Of a DNA stretch of 64,000 bases, positions 63,201-64,000 are shown piece by piece. Each line of letters opens with the position of its first letter. Position 1 is the stretch's first letter. A program made the translations under genes and the position numbers. Where the stretch lies: positions 26,598,001 through 26,662,000 of the forward strand of contig CM060734.1 in NCBI GenBank assembly GCA_030704615.1. Reading direction: 5' to 3'. The stretch is from Takakia lepidozioides. Lineage: Eukaryota; Plantae; Bryophyta. The notes below the pieces were generated by a model. It saw only the letters and a list, made by a program, of their open reading frames with translations. It did not search any database and was not told where the DNA came from.

Positions 63201-64000
63201 TTGAGCTCCATCTTTACAGTGGCTTCTTCGTTTGGTTCCTATCGGCTCCTGTCAGTCAATTGCAGTTTGACCCAGGAGAGTGGCATTGGATGAGCAAAAA
63301 CAATGATCACTTCTTCTCTTACACGGTTAAGATAGGATATTCTCTACTGATGCCCAATCAAACCTTTGACAGGAAATGGTAACAAATGGGCTCACCTTGG
63401 CGGACAACCGATTCAATGGAAACTGGTATGGGCAGACATATGGAGAAAGCAGAGATCTTCCAAAGTGTCTGCCTTTCTTTGGAAAATCGTCAATCGTATA
63501 ATTCCAGTTGGACACTATATCTCTGACCCTCCTTTGAAATGTGCCACATGCAATAGAAATGCCCCTGAGGATCTGGAACATTGCTTAGTGTCCTGCCCAT
63601 TTGTTCAGTTTGGGCTCGTGCTATCTCCCTTTATTCTTCTTGGGACAAGGATCTCATATACCCCATTTCTGCTCTTCTTCTCAATATCAAGGATGGCAGA
63701 TCCTTCTGCTCTTGCCCTGTTTGGGTTGCTCTTAGAGGCATCACTCTCTGGCATATTTGGAAAATGAGATGCTCTACCCTCTTCCAAAATTCAATTCCCT
63801 GTTTGCAGAAACTTTTGTTCTTAGTTCACTCAGACATGTTGTCTGAGGCTCGCAAGGCATGGGATGTTTTGGTGGCAGCTCTTTCCAGGTGTAATAACAG
63901 AAGGAGAAATCAGCTCGTTGCAGCATTTTGACAGCTCGTGGGGGAGGGGAGGGTTATTCTGCACACGGATTTCAGAGTCAAGAGTTCAGTGGTTCGAAGA
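60222..64000 (+). mobile_element. L1-like LINE 3' part (endonuclease C-half, RT, zf-RVT), disrupted; continues off the right edge
   Basis: FTWSN..ARLDRVY, DHASV, KTPGLDGLPVEFF, NYRPITLLNSTYKILAK, LDFQKAFD, VRQGCPLAPFLF, YADD (~61898), GGLGV, CATC..EDLEHCLVSC. Confidence 0.95.

Overview
Eukaryotic nuclear DNA with spliceosomal introns, TTTAGGG teloboxes and a PLS-class PPR. The gene and transposon repertoire suggests a non-seed land plant (inference). The window is transposon-rich. Left to right: (1) A degenerate CACTA/En-Spm locus (1-13558), made of an inverted copy of the transposase 3' half, a 2.2-kb foreign insert, and a + strand element. The + element carries a SET-domain-like passenger gene upstream of its TNP2 transposase. 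(2) A GH5 glucan 1,3-beta-glucosidase pseudogene with two exons inverted inside the gene and two apparently identical, independent LINE 3'-end insertions. (3) An RT-less Ty3/gypsy element (23287-30024, 4-bp TSD) whose terminal 10 nt are circularly permuted, as expected if integration went through a circle junction. (4) Intact SRP68 (-) and a MOSC/mARC-like gene (+), arranged head-to-head. (5) Tandem repeats, a hAT MITE, an LTR fragment and an unknown ZnF/AT-hook ORF. (6) A decayed PLS-PPR locus. (7) A 5'-truncated Naiad/Chlamys-type Penelope RT followed by a predicted pseudoknot. (8) An L1-like LINE whose 5' 3 kb is cleanly inverted. The best candidates for novelty are the permuted LTR ends and the SET domain carried by the CACTA element. 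All calls were made by eye; no database searches or alignments were run.
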